From contig OZ241967.1 in NCBI GenBank assembly GCA_965204055.1, forward strand, positions 322,144 to 386,143: a stretch of DNA of 64,000 bases, in the 5' to 3' direction. The notes beneath the pieces are model-generated. The model did not search any database, was not told the DNA's origin, and saw only the letters and a program-made list of their open reading frames with translations. This document shows, piece by piece, positions 45,310 to 53,324 of this stretch. Source of the DNA: Bdellovibrionales bacterium. Its GTDB lineage: Bacteria > Bdellovibrionota > Bdellovibrionia > Bdellovibrionales > UBA1609. Both the position numbers and the translations under genes were made by a program. The stretch's first letter is position 1; each line of letters opens with the position of its first letter.

Positions 45310-45338
45310 TTTCAAGTACTATTAGGAATAAAAATAAA

Positions 45339-47444
45339 ATGGTTAAAGAGAATTTAATAGATCTGGATAGAAAGCAACTTAAGCTTTTACAGGCAATCAT
45401 TAAAACTTGTATTCCCGGTAAAACAGTTTGGGCTTATGGTTCTCGTGTTTTTTGGAAAGCAAGAGAAAACTCTGATTTGGATTTAGCTGTTTTTGGTTGT
45501 TCTTCCAGGCAAATATATAATTTTAAGGAGGCTTTAGAGGAAAGCAATTTGTTAGTTTCTGTTGATGTAATGGACTGGGAAAGTATACCTGAAAGCTTTA
45601 AAGTCAATATCAAAAAAAAATATGTAGTTTTACAGAAAAGCGAAGATATATTAGACTCACAGGAAAACAATATTGAAATTTCTATTAGCCGGGAGCATGC
45701 AGTTTATGCCAGAGATATAGAAAAATGTTTTGGTGTATTGAATGTAAAAGTCCAGCCTAATTTTTGTCGAAAGTCAATAGACGAGCTTCCGATGAAGATT
45801 ATAATTTTTCTTACAGAAGTAGTTGTTACAGGTGCATTCTGGGAGTTACTAAAGGCAGGAATTAAAAAAGTTTTCAAAAACTTTAATCAAGTTAATATGG
45901 ATATTGATGATAATAGGCCAAATAAGAATCCTAATATAATGCGCTATACAATAGATAGTGATGGAAATGTTTTTGTATATGCGGATTCTTCTGAAAAAAT
46001 AAAAGAATATTCATATATAAAAACCATTGATGATTTATTAGAACATTTGAAAAATCAAGCTTCACAAAGCAAGTCCGCTTCAGGAGGCAAGTCATCTTCT
46101 GGAAACATGTTATCCTCAGGAAGTAAGTTATCTTCAGGGAGCCAGCCATCTTTAAGAAGTTTGTCATTCCCGCGAAGGCGGGAATCCAGTCAAAAAAAAA
46201 TTTTCTCTGGATTGACTGATCAACCTATGTTAAAAGGCTGGCGCAAAGTGAAACTTAAGGAAATAATTAACTTAATAGGAGGAGGTACACCTAAGACTAA
46301 TATACCGGAATATTGGAATGGAAATATTCCATGGCTTTCAGTGACAGATTTTAATACGGGCAGAAAATATGTGTATAGCACTGAAAAATATATTACCAAT
46401 CTTGGGTTACAAAAAAGCAATACAAAAATCCTTAATAAAGATGACATTATTATTTCTGCAAGAGGAACTGTAGGGGTTGTTTCTATGACAGGAAAAGAAA
46501 TGGCCTTTAATCAATCATGTTATGGAATAAGGGCTAAAGATGAATCGTTTAATGAATATATTTACTACTTGTTAAAAAATACCGTAAATCAGCTACAACA
46601 TATTTCTCATGGTGGGGTGTTTGATACAATTACAAGAGATACCTTTAATAAAGTTGAAGTGCCTCTTCCTCCACTTCTTGAGCAAAAAGCGATTGCAGAG
46701 GTCTTGTCCAGTTTGGATGATAAAATTGAACTATTGCATGAGCAAAACAAAACTTTGGAAGAAATAGCTCAAACCCTTTTCCGCAAGTGGTTTATCCAGG
46801 ACGCCAACCCCCATTGGCCACAAAAACCTTTAGATGAATTGCTAAGTACAATCGAGTCTGGTTCACGGCCAAAAGGAGGAATTAATCCAGAGTTAAAACA
46901 AGGGATACCTAATATAGGGGCTGAAAGCATAAATGGTATAGGAAGATTTGACTTTTCAAAAACAAAATATGTAACAGATGAATTTTTTAAAAATATGAAA
47001 AAAGGGGTTGTAAAAGATTATGATGTTCTAATCTATAAAGATGGTGCTTATATTGGCAAAAAAGCAATGTTTGGCAACGGATTTCCTTTTAAGAAAATGG
47101 CTGTCAATGAGCATGTTTTTATTTTAAGAACCAACAGTAAAGCAGATCAATTTTTTCTTTATTTTTCACTGGAACAGAAAAAGTTATCAAAACTAAATGC
47201 TAATTCCGCCCAACCGGGCTTAAATCAAAAATCTATGAAGTCTCTTAAGATCATTATCCCACAAAAAGATATAATAAATAATTTTCAGAATACTGTTAAG
47301 CCGTGGATTGATAAGATACTTTTTAACAGTAATCAAATCAGAAATCTTGCAGATCTTCGCAACACCCTCCTACCCAAGCTAATAACCGGTCAAGTCCGAG
47401 TAACTTTTAAAAATAAAAAAACACAAATAAGTTCATCTTGTTAA
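45339..47444 (+). CDS. hsdS: Minimal nucleotidyltransferase (MNT) domain continuous with a type I specificity subunit (apparent MNT-linker-HsdS fusion)
   Basis: MNT motif GSRVFWKARENSDLDLAVFG...VDVMDW. No stop codon up to TAA 47444. Ser/Gly linker from 6 x 18-bp repeats (46069-46176). HsdS part begins at MLKGWRKVKLKEIINLIGGGTPKT (46227), with central LPPLLEQKAIAEVLSSLDDKIELL and C-terminal LADLRNTLLPKLITGQVRV. Confidence 0.65.
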   Translation: MVKENLIDLDRKQLKLLQAIIKTCIPGKTVWAYGSRVFWKARENSDLDLAVFGCSSRQIYNFKEALEESNLLVSVDVMDWESIPESFKVNIKKKYVVLQKSEDILDSQENNIEISISREHAVYARDIEKCFGVLNVKVQPNFCRKSIDELPMKIIIFLTEVVVTGAFWELLKAGIKKVFKNFNQVNMDIDDNRPNKNPNIMRYTIDSDGNVFVYADSSEKIKEYSYIKTIDDLLEHLKNQASQSKSASGGKSSSGNMLSSGSKLSSGSQPSLRSLSFPRRRESSQKKIFSGLTDQPMLKGWRKVKLKEIINLIGGGTPKTNIPEYWNGNIPWLSVTDFNTGRKYVYSTEKYITNLGLQKSNTKILNKDDIIISARGTVGVVSMTGKEMAFNQSCYGIRAKDESFNEYIYYLLKNTVNQLQHISHGGVFDTITRDTFNKVEVPLPPLLEQKAIAEVLSSLDDKIELLHEQNKTLEEIAQTLFRKWFIQDANPHWPQKPLDELLSTIESGSRPKGGINPELKQGIPNIGAESINGIGRFDFSKTKYVTDEFFKNMKKGVVKDYDVLIYKDGAYIGKKAMFGNGFPFKKMAVNEHVFILRTNSKADQFFLYFSLEQKKLSKLNANSAQPGLNQKSMKSLKIIIPQKDIINNFQNTVKPWIDKILFNSNQIRNLADLRNTLLPKLITGQVRVTFKNKKTQISSSC

Positions 47445-47472
47445 AACTAATAAACCGTCAAGTGGAGGTAAA

Positions 47473-48291
47473 GTGTCATCATTAAAAATGCACGAGAAAA
47501 CTATTTTTGAAAAATTATTTAATCGTGATGGATATGTCCTTAATTTTACTGATAGAACTTTTGCTGAGTTCTTTAGAGAACATAGAATAAACATTGAAGA
47601 CAATAAATATCATATTAACGGTAGATCAAAAATGAAGAGGCTTAGGGCTTTTTGGGAAATTGAGTCAGACAAAACTGTTGGTCAAGTACTACAATCCTTG
47701 CTTGAATATGCTTGCAATATAGACAGTGTTAGCCCTGATGCTAAGGACAATGCTATGAAAATAGTTTCACGATTATTACAAAAAGAAAATCGAGAACAAA
47801 TCACAGAACAGGAACCGGAGGATATTTTTCTAAAACAAGAATTTAAAGACATTGCTATTGAGAAACTGAATCTAAATATTGAGATGCAAGAAGTGATTAA
47901 AATGAGAATAGAAGAAATTAAAAAATGTTTAAAGTTAAAAGCATCACTGGCAACAATTTTTTTATGTGGAAGCACTCTTGAGGGGATACTACTTTCCGTT
48001 GCAGAAAATCATGCTGATAAATTTAAAACCATAGCTAAAGATAAAAAATGGAAAGTTTTACCATTTCATAAATGGACTCTTGGTAATCTTATTGATGTTT
48101 CTAAAGGAATTGGATTATTACATGAAGACGTAAAAAACTTTAGTCATTCATTAAGAAAGTTTAGGAATTACATTCATCCATATCAACAAGCTGTTGAAAA
48201 TTTTAACCCAGATGAAAATACTGCTAAACTATGTTGGCAAGTTTTAAAAGTAGCCATTGTTCAAATAAGTAAAAATAGCAAAATAAGATAA
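47473..48291 (+). CDS. AbiJ-like protein: AbiJ-NTD-like N-terminus + HEPN-type C-terminus
   Basis: GGAGG RBS. N-terminus FEKLFNRDGYVLNFTDRTFAEFFREHRINIEDNKY...KRLRAFW. C-terminal motif LRKFRNYIHP (Rx6H). Confidence 0.5.
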   Translation: MSSLKMHEKTIFEKLFNRDGYVLNFTDRTFAEFFREHRINIEDNKYHINGRSKMKRLRAFWEIESDKTVGQVLQSLLEYACNIDSVSPDAKDNAMKIVSRLLQKENREQITEQEPEDIFLKQEFKDIAIEKLNLNIEMQEVIKMRIEEIKKCLKLKASLATIFLCGSTLEGILLSVAENHADKFKTIAKDKKWKVLPFHKWTLGNLIDVSKGIGLLHEDVKNFSHSLRKFRNYIHPYQQAVENFNPDENTAKLCWQVLKVAIVQISKNSKIR

Positions 48292-48295
48292 AAAA

Positions 48296-48616
48296 TCAAG
48301 AGACATCAAATGTTAAATCAATTTCAGAGTAAATGTGGGTCAGATACTGAACCAGTTTTTCAACAGTAAATTCGTCAAAATGGTAATGTAAAATTTTATT
48401 CATTAATTCTGGTTCTATATTTACTTTTTGAGCCAGAGCTTTAAGGGTTAGCTTATGAGTGTTTTTATAGATCATAAATTTTTCACAAATTCGAAATTTT
48501 ACTCGATCTATCGCACTGGCTGATCTTGAAAGAGGACGAGAGGCAATATTATTTTCTAAAAGCTCTCTATTTGCTTTTAATTCTGTTTGTGATGGAAACT
48601 TTTGCATATTACACAA
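48296..48616 (-). CDS. HTH (XRE/HTH_37-like) putative antitoxin
   Basis: KLTLKALAQKVNIEPELMNKILHYHFDEFTVEKLVQYL resembles HigA2/HTH_37 antitoxins. Downstream of a small toxin-like gene. Confidence 0.5.
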   Translation of the reverse strand: MCNMQKFPSQTELKANRELLENNIASRPLSRSASAIDRVKFRICEKFMIYKNTHKLTLKALAQKVNIEPELMNKILHYHFDEFTVEKLVQYLTHIYSEIDLTFDVS

Positions 48617-48709
48617 CTCACTTTATTTGAAGGTTTATTTTTTTATTTTAATTTGACTTAACTTAACTTAAAATGTTTATTACTATTTTTTTCTTATCTG
48701 CTCTTTTAA

Positions 48710-49009
48710 TCATTTGCTTTTAATTCTAAAAGCATTTATTACCCTTAAAAAATCATCATAAATATACAGCAACAAAATCAATCGATAAGGTTTGTCTTTA
48801 TAGACAACTGGTTCAATGACAAGATATTGAAAACCATCTTTTTCTTTATCTATAGGAAAGTGTCCTCCGTTTAATTGTCGAACTAACAAAAGAATTAGCC
48901 AGTCGTTGATTTCAGGGTGTTTTAATTTGTAATGTTGATCAATAATTACTCTTTTTATTTGTCGGTTGTTAATTTTTAAGCTAAGTGGATATTCTCTGCG
49001 TTCCGACAT
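48710..49009 (-). CDS. DUF4258-like putative toxin
   Basis: 99 aa. IDQHYKLKHPEI...KPYRLILLLYIYDDFLRVINAFR recalls the DUF4258/BrnT-type small RNase fold. Paired with an HTH gene. Confidence 0.4.
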   Translation of the reverse strand: MSERREYPLSLKINNRQIKRVIIDQHYKLKHPEINDWLILLLVRQLNGGHFPIDKEKDGFQYLVIEPVVYKDKPYRLILLLYIYDDFLRVINAFRIKSK

Positions 49010-49555
49010 GCTTATATGTGTAATACACTACTTCCCCCCCTGTCAACCTATTTGTTTTAATCAGATTCAGATTCAAATTCAGAAATTATAAACCAGATTC
49101 CCGATTTCACAGGAATGATAATCTCAATTTTATATGATTATAAGGTATTCCTGACTTCCGCATTTTAGAGATGGTTTGAGAAAGGTCCAGTAAAAAAAAG
49201 CTTATCATTCCATTGAGTTATATTTTTTTAAAATCAGGACAAAATGTAGTGGCCATTGTAGTGGACAAGCCCTCTTAATGCTCTTATAACGAACCCATGT
49301 TTGTTAGAGCTGTCAAAAAAAATAATGACCACCGTTACAATATGCGACATTTGTTTTTTGTCCCGCGCGCGTCTTCTGTCCGTGGTGTGTTTAAAGCCTT
49401 TTTGTGGGGCTTTATTTGCAAAATAAAGATGGGCAACCTCAAAAAAACTACTTTTTTTTAATCAATTTTCTAAAGTTTTCTCTCACTAAGCCGATAAGTG
49501 ATGTATGAAAGTATAGTTCCTTAATACATACTAAAGAGAAACAAGGAGTGAAAAA

Positions 49556-51370
49556 GTGAGAAAAAACCCATTTTACCCCCCCCCCCCCCCGCACCGCGTC
49601 ATTCTTAGGGTTCTTAAGAGGGCCTTGTTTAACAAAAAAGGCATTGGACTAATGGAAACCCTGATGGTTAGTGCTTTAGGCTTAACCATCAGCTATGGCG
49701 TTTTTAAAGTGAATGAAGTTTCTATGTACACCGCAAAGGTAGTCAATAGTAATTTGGATCAGAAGGATTTAAGAGGCACTATTTATAAAACTTTAGGTAA
49801 TAAAGAGGCTTGCGTTCATAACTTAAAGAAGCCGGCCAGCTCTTCCCCAAAAACTTCTATAACTTCTTTACAGGCCAAGAGTGGGGCAAATTGGATTAAC
49901 TTAATTAACAGTCAAGCAAATCAAAACCTATTTAAAAATAGTTTAAGAATCCAGAAATTTGAATTTAAAAATAGCAAAGATTTTATTATTCATTACAGCA
50001 AAGAGGGTTTAGGTAGGCACGAGACTTTGGCCAAGTCAGATGGGACAAAGGGAGTTTGCACTAAAACAGACACCACAGATTGTTACTCCGTAGAGTGTAA
50101 AATAGATTTTTCCTGTAGTAATAATGATTGTGATGGGTCTGGTGATAGGTGCTCACTTTTAGATTGCACAGGCGGGGCAGAAGGGGGCGGTGGTGCAAAC
50201 TGCTATCAAGTGGATAACACAGGGCCAGATAAAGCTAAAACCCTTATTGGTTGTGGTGGAGCGCACAAAGCCAAAGGAGAAAAGGTCACTGTTTTAGGTT
50301 TTGGCGCGGGTAAAGTTAACGAGGGCGATAATAACACTTTTTTAGGAGCTTATGCGGGATATAGAAACACCAGTGGGGACCGTAATGTTTTTGTAGGGGA
50401 AGTGGCCGGGAAGGTTAACACCAAAGGGAAACAAAACACTTTTATAGGTGTTGCCAGTGGGCATAAAAACCTCACTGGGGCTTATAATACTTTTGTAGGG
50501 ACATGGGCCGGGGCAAGCAATGTCACAGGGACAGATAACACCTTTATTGGACAAGATGCGGGCAGACACAACACGTCAAATTTTAACACTTTTGTTGGAA
50601 AAAAAGCTGGCCTTAACAATGCGGGTGGGGGGGGTAATACTTTTATAGGAGAAAGGGCAGGAGAGAGTAACAATTCTGGTTACCACAACACTTTTATTGG
50701 TTCTGGTGCAGGTTTAACCCATAAAACAGGGCACGATAACATTGTTATAGGGAGACATGTAAAGCTTGATTCAGCCACTGGTAGTAACCAGATTAACATT
50801 GGTAACATAATAAAGGCTGGTTCAGGTTTCTTACAAATATGCGATAGCACCGGAAATAACTGCTTAAAAATAAGTAAAGCAGGGCTTAAATGTGATGAGA
50901 ATCATTACTTTAGAGGGATAGATAATGACGGCAATCCTATGTGTCATTCTTTACATACAGTAAGATTTTCTGGTCATTGTGGGGGAAATCAATATCTTTA
51001 TGGAATATCAAGCTCTAATAGGCCGATGTGCAGAAATCTCCCCTCTGGTGGTGGTGGTGGCACACCCGGACCAGCCGGGCCACGCGGACCAGCCGGACCA
51101 GCCGGACCACAAGGACCACAAGGACCTCCTGGTGAAGCAGGAACAACCGCTGAATTAAAACGGAAAGTTTTAGGAAATACCAGTTGTCCAAGTGGACAAA
51201 TATTTCAAAACAGGTTTGATGCTAATGGAAATATGGTATGTATAACAAGAGCGCAAAAATGTAGTAATGATGGTGGTAGATGGTGTATGAGAAGAAATAG
51301 ATGTCTTTATTGCTCGCCTTGGGAAATTACGGATATGAGTGAGTGTAGATGTTTTGATAATAGTAGATAG
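49556..51370 (+). CDS. Prepilin-leader protein with tail-fibre-like repeats, collagen run and Cys-rich C-terminus
   Basis: AAGGAG RBS 7 nt before GTG 49556. Leader ...ALFNKKG|IGLMETLMVSALGLTISYGVF, with Glu at +5. About 9.5 x 17-aa NTF(I/V)GxxAGxxNxxG units (50333-50810). GTPGPAGPRGPAGPAGPQGPQGPPGEAG. Confidence 0.8.
   Translation: MRKNPFYPPPPPHRVILRVLKRALFNKKGIGLMETLMVSALGLTISYGVFKVNEVSMYTAKVVNSNLDQKDLRGTIYKTLGNKEACVHNLKKPASSSPKTSITSLQAKSGANWINLINSQANQNLFKNSLRIQKFEFKNSKDFIIHYSKEGLGRHETLAKSDGTKGVCTKTDTTDCYSVECKIDFSCSNNDCDGSGDRCSLLDCTGGAEGGGGANCYQVDNTGPDKAKTLIGCGGAHKAKGEKVTVLGFGAGKVNEGDNNTFLGAYAGYRNTSGDRNVFVGEVAGKVNTKGKQNTFIGVASGHKNLTGAYNTFVGTWAGASNVTGTDNTFIGQDAGRHNTSNFNTFVGKKAGLNNAGGGGNTFIGERAGESNNSGYHNTFIGSGAGLTHKTGHDNIVIGRHVKLDSATGSNQINIGNIIKAGSGFLQICDSTGNNCLKISKAGLKCDENHYFRGIDNDGNPMCHSLHTVRFSGHCGGNQYLYGISSSNRPMCRNLPSGGGGGTPGPAGPRGPAGPAGPQGPQGPPGEAGTTAELKRKVLGNTSCPSGQIFQNRFDANGNMVCITRAQKCSNDGGRWCMRRNRCLYCSPWEITDMSECRCFDNSR
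49576..49590 (+). repeat. Poly-C tract (15 nt) inside the 5' end of the ORF
   Basis: Fifteen consecutive C at 49576-49590, encoding YPPPPP 20 nt after the start codon. A G8 run lies at 50627-50634 in the same gene. Confidence 0.95.
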
Positions 51371-51534
51371 AAAATAAGATTTAAGCTTTGCTTTCCAGCT
51401 TTTCAATGCGCTTTTCCAGTTTTTCTATATAATCCAAACGATTGTCCAATATTTTTTCAATCGTTTTAAACTCTTCAGCATGCAACAATGATCTTGGACT
51501 TGGGATTGTGGCTGTGGCGGGGGTCCAGGTAATC

Positions 51535-51650
51535 AAAACGGAAATACTTATTGTCCTTAGCATACTGGGGATAGTCGGCGGGATAGCGACTATTTCATAT
51601 AAAGGTTATAATTTAAGTGTTCAAAAGAAAGATTTAAAACTATCAGGGGA
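51535..51650 (+). pseudogene. Type IV pilin N-terminal helix fragment, truncated by IS fragment
   Basis: VIKTEILIVLSILGIVGGIATISYKGY aligns with the pilin consensus FTLIELLIVIAIIGILAAIAIPQY, but lacks a proper Gly-1 and leader. It abuts IS-derived sequence at about 51651. Confidence 0.4.
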
Positions 51651-52126
51651 GCCGGCCCTTTCTGATGTGCAAAGTTTAACAGGAGTTTGTTTAAAGCGAG
51701 TGTTTGTAGATAAAGGCTATAGGGGGGAGAAGCATCATCCTGAAGGATTGGAGGTTAATGTAAGCGGTCAGAGACCATCACCCAGTCGTTATCATCGCCG
51801 TTTGGCACGTCGAAGGAACAGTGTAGAGGCAGTGATAGGTCATTTGAAGGGGGATTGTCGTATGGAGAGGAATTTTTTACATGGTGAGCTGGGTGATGGA
51901 GTGAATGCTTTACTTTCTGGAAGTGGATACAATATAAGGAGATTGATAAGAGAAGTAAATGGGTTGCCTTCTTTTTTTGTTCTTTTTATCAAGAGGTTTT
52001 TTACTATGTTATTTTGTTTTTCGGCAAAGCCTTAAGTGGTGAGGGTCCAAGCGTTATCGTCCCGAACAAGCTTAAGGTTTTGCAGACCACAGCTTAAACT
52101 TAAAAGAGGTTTTTTCACGACCGATT
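51651..52126 (+). mobile_element. 3' fragment of the IS5-family element (last ~125 codons of the transposase + right end)
   Basis: Near-identical to 59505-60005 (PALSDVQSLTGVCLKRVFVDKGYRG...), with a small internal deletion. Ends ...GGTTTTTTCACGACCGATT. Confidence 0.85.
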
Positions 52127-52191
52127 TTTTAGTTTGCCAACGATTTGTTTTTTCAGTTTAGCGGACCAAAAGATTTATCACAGATGGGCAA

Positions 52192-52740
52192 TTATTGATT
52201 AGACACATATTGAATGGTAATGTTTTTTGCGTGGGTAGCCCACTTTCTTTCTATATCTTCTGCAGTTATGGGCTGGGGTGTAAAAATACGAAGTGTGGGC
52301 CGGTTTAGGGAATGCCATATTTGATAGGCCCCACTCAGCCATTCCGGGGTATAGGGCAACTCCACAGTCCATAGATTGGGAAAGTAAAACGAACTTTCTA
52401 CTAATATAGGATGGGATTTAGGGGAGGTAGGGAAATCAGGGTAAATGGACTTTGTGAGGCTTTTCCAATTTGAAATCTCAGGGGCTTTTTGCTTTTTTTC
52501 TTTATAGGGGGGCAAGTTTTTTAATTGCTCTTTTAATTCCTTATAGGTTTTTTCTAAACTCGCGCGCGCCTCCGTAGAAATGCTTTTTATTTTTTGGGAT
52601 TTGATTTTTCGCATAAGAAAACCCGTATGCCAGTCTATTTTATAGCTCCAAGAGCTATGCTCAGGATCACTAACAATCCATAAGTCTGCTCCACTTTTAA
52701 AAGCTTGAGCAGGAGAAATAGTTTTCATAAAAGGGTTCAT
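52192..52740 (-). CDS. Hypothetical protein co-transcribed with nusB
   Basis: 182-aa ORF. Its start overlaps the nusB stop by 4 nt. Confidence 0.55.
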   Translation of the reverse strand: MNPFMKTISPAQAFKSGADLWIVSDPEHSSWSYKIDWHTGFLMRKIKSQKIKSISTEARASLEKTYKELKEQLKNLPPYKEKKQKAPEISNWKSLTKSIYPDFPTSPKSHPILVESSFYFPNLWTVELPYTPEWLSGAYQIWHSLNRPTLRIFTPQPITAEDIERKWATHAKNITIQYVSNQ

Positions 52741-53285
52741 ATTCTTTTTGATAAGGTGTCTAAAATTCCATTTATAAATTTTGTAGAGTTTTCTGTGCCG
52801 TAGATTTTGGCCATTTCCATTGCTTCATTAATACATACTTTAAAAGGCACAGGAGGAGTGGAGCAAAGCATTTCATAAACGGCTATCCGCATAATGTTTA
52901 AATCTATAAGGGAAATTCTTTCCATTTTCCAAGACTGGCTGGTTTGTTTAATAAGGCTATCGATTTTTTTTTGGTGTGTTTTTATCCCATTTAATAAAGT
53001 GTGTGCGTAGTTTTGTGTGGCCTTGTTTATAGAGGGGGTATTTATATCCTTTTGGTGTAAAATATAAGGTTTACTTTTAGAATTTTCTAAGAGGGAAATA
53101 TTAATTGTTTTTTTAGAAAATTCAGTAAGTTTATCTGGATCATTAAGATTTTCTGTAGAATGATTAAACTCTTTTTCGTAAAGAGTTTTTAAAGTGAACT
53201 CCCGTGCCTGGCTTTTGTCCGTTCGATGTGATGAAGACGACTTTAAGGCATCCTCTTTCTCTTGTTTTTTTTCTCTTGTTTCCAT
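52737..53285 (-). CDS. nusB: Transcription antitermination factor NusB (with N-terminal extension and insert)
   Basis: AREFTLKTLYEKEF...; C-terminal WKMERISLIDLNIMRIAVYEML...INEAMEMAKIYGTENSTKFINGILD. Confidence 0.8.
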   Translation of the reverse strand: METREKKQEKEDALKSSSSHRTDKSQAREFTLKTLYEKEFNHSTENLNDPDKLTEFSKKTINISLLENSKSKPYILHQKDINTPSINKATQNYAHTLLNGIKTHQKKIDSLIKQTSQSWKMERISLIDLNIMRIAVYEMLCSTPPVPFKVCINEAMEMAKIYGTENSTKFINGILDTLSKRI

Positions 53286-53324
53286 TTTATTATGTCCTAT
53301 ATTTTATTTATTATATTATAAAAT

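Noticed and set aside
45297-45338. Track start at 45297 for the MNT-HsdS ORF (overlapping the HEPN gene end)
   Set aside because: The first 14 codons (MFFIISSTIRNKNK) lie before the recognisable MNT N-terminus. ATG 45339 (MVKENLIDLDRKQL...) is preferred, though this remains unproven.
51442-52035. ORF 51442-52035 as an intact 197-aa gene
   Set aside because: It is a chimera of a non-coding or relic 5' part, a pilin helix scrap and the C-terminal third of the IS transposase.
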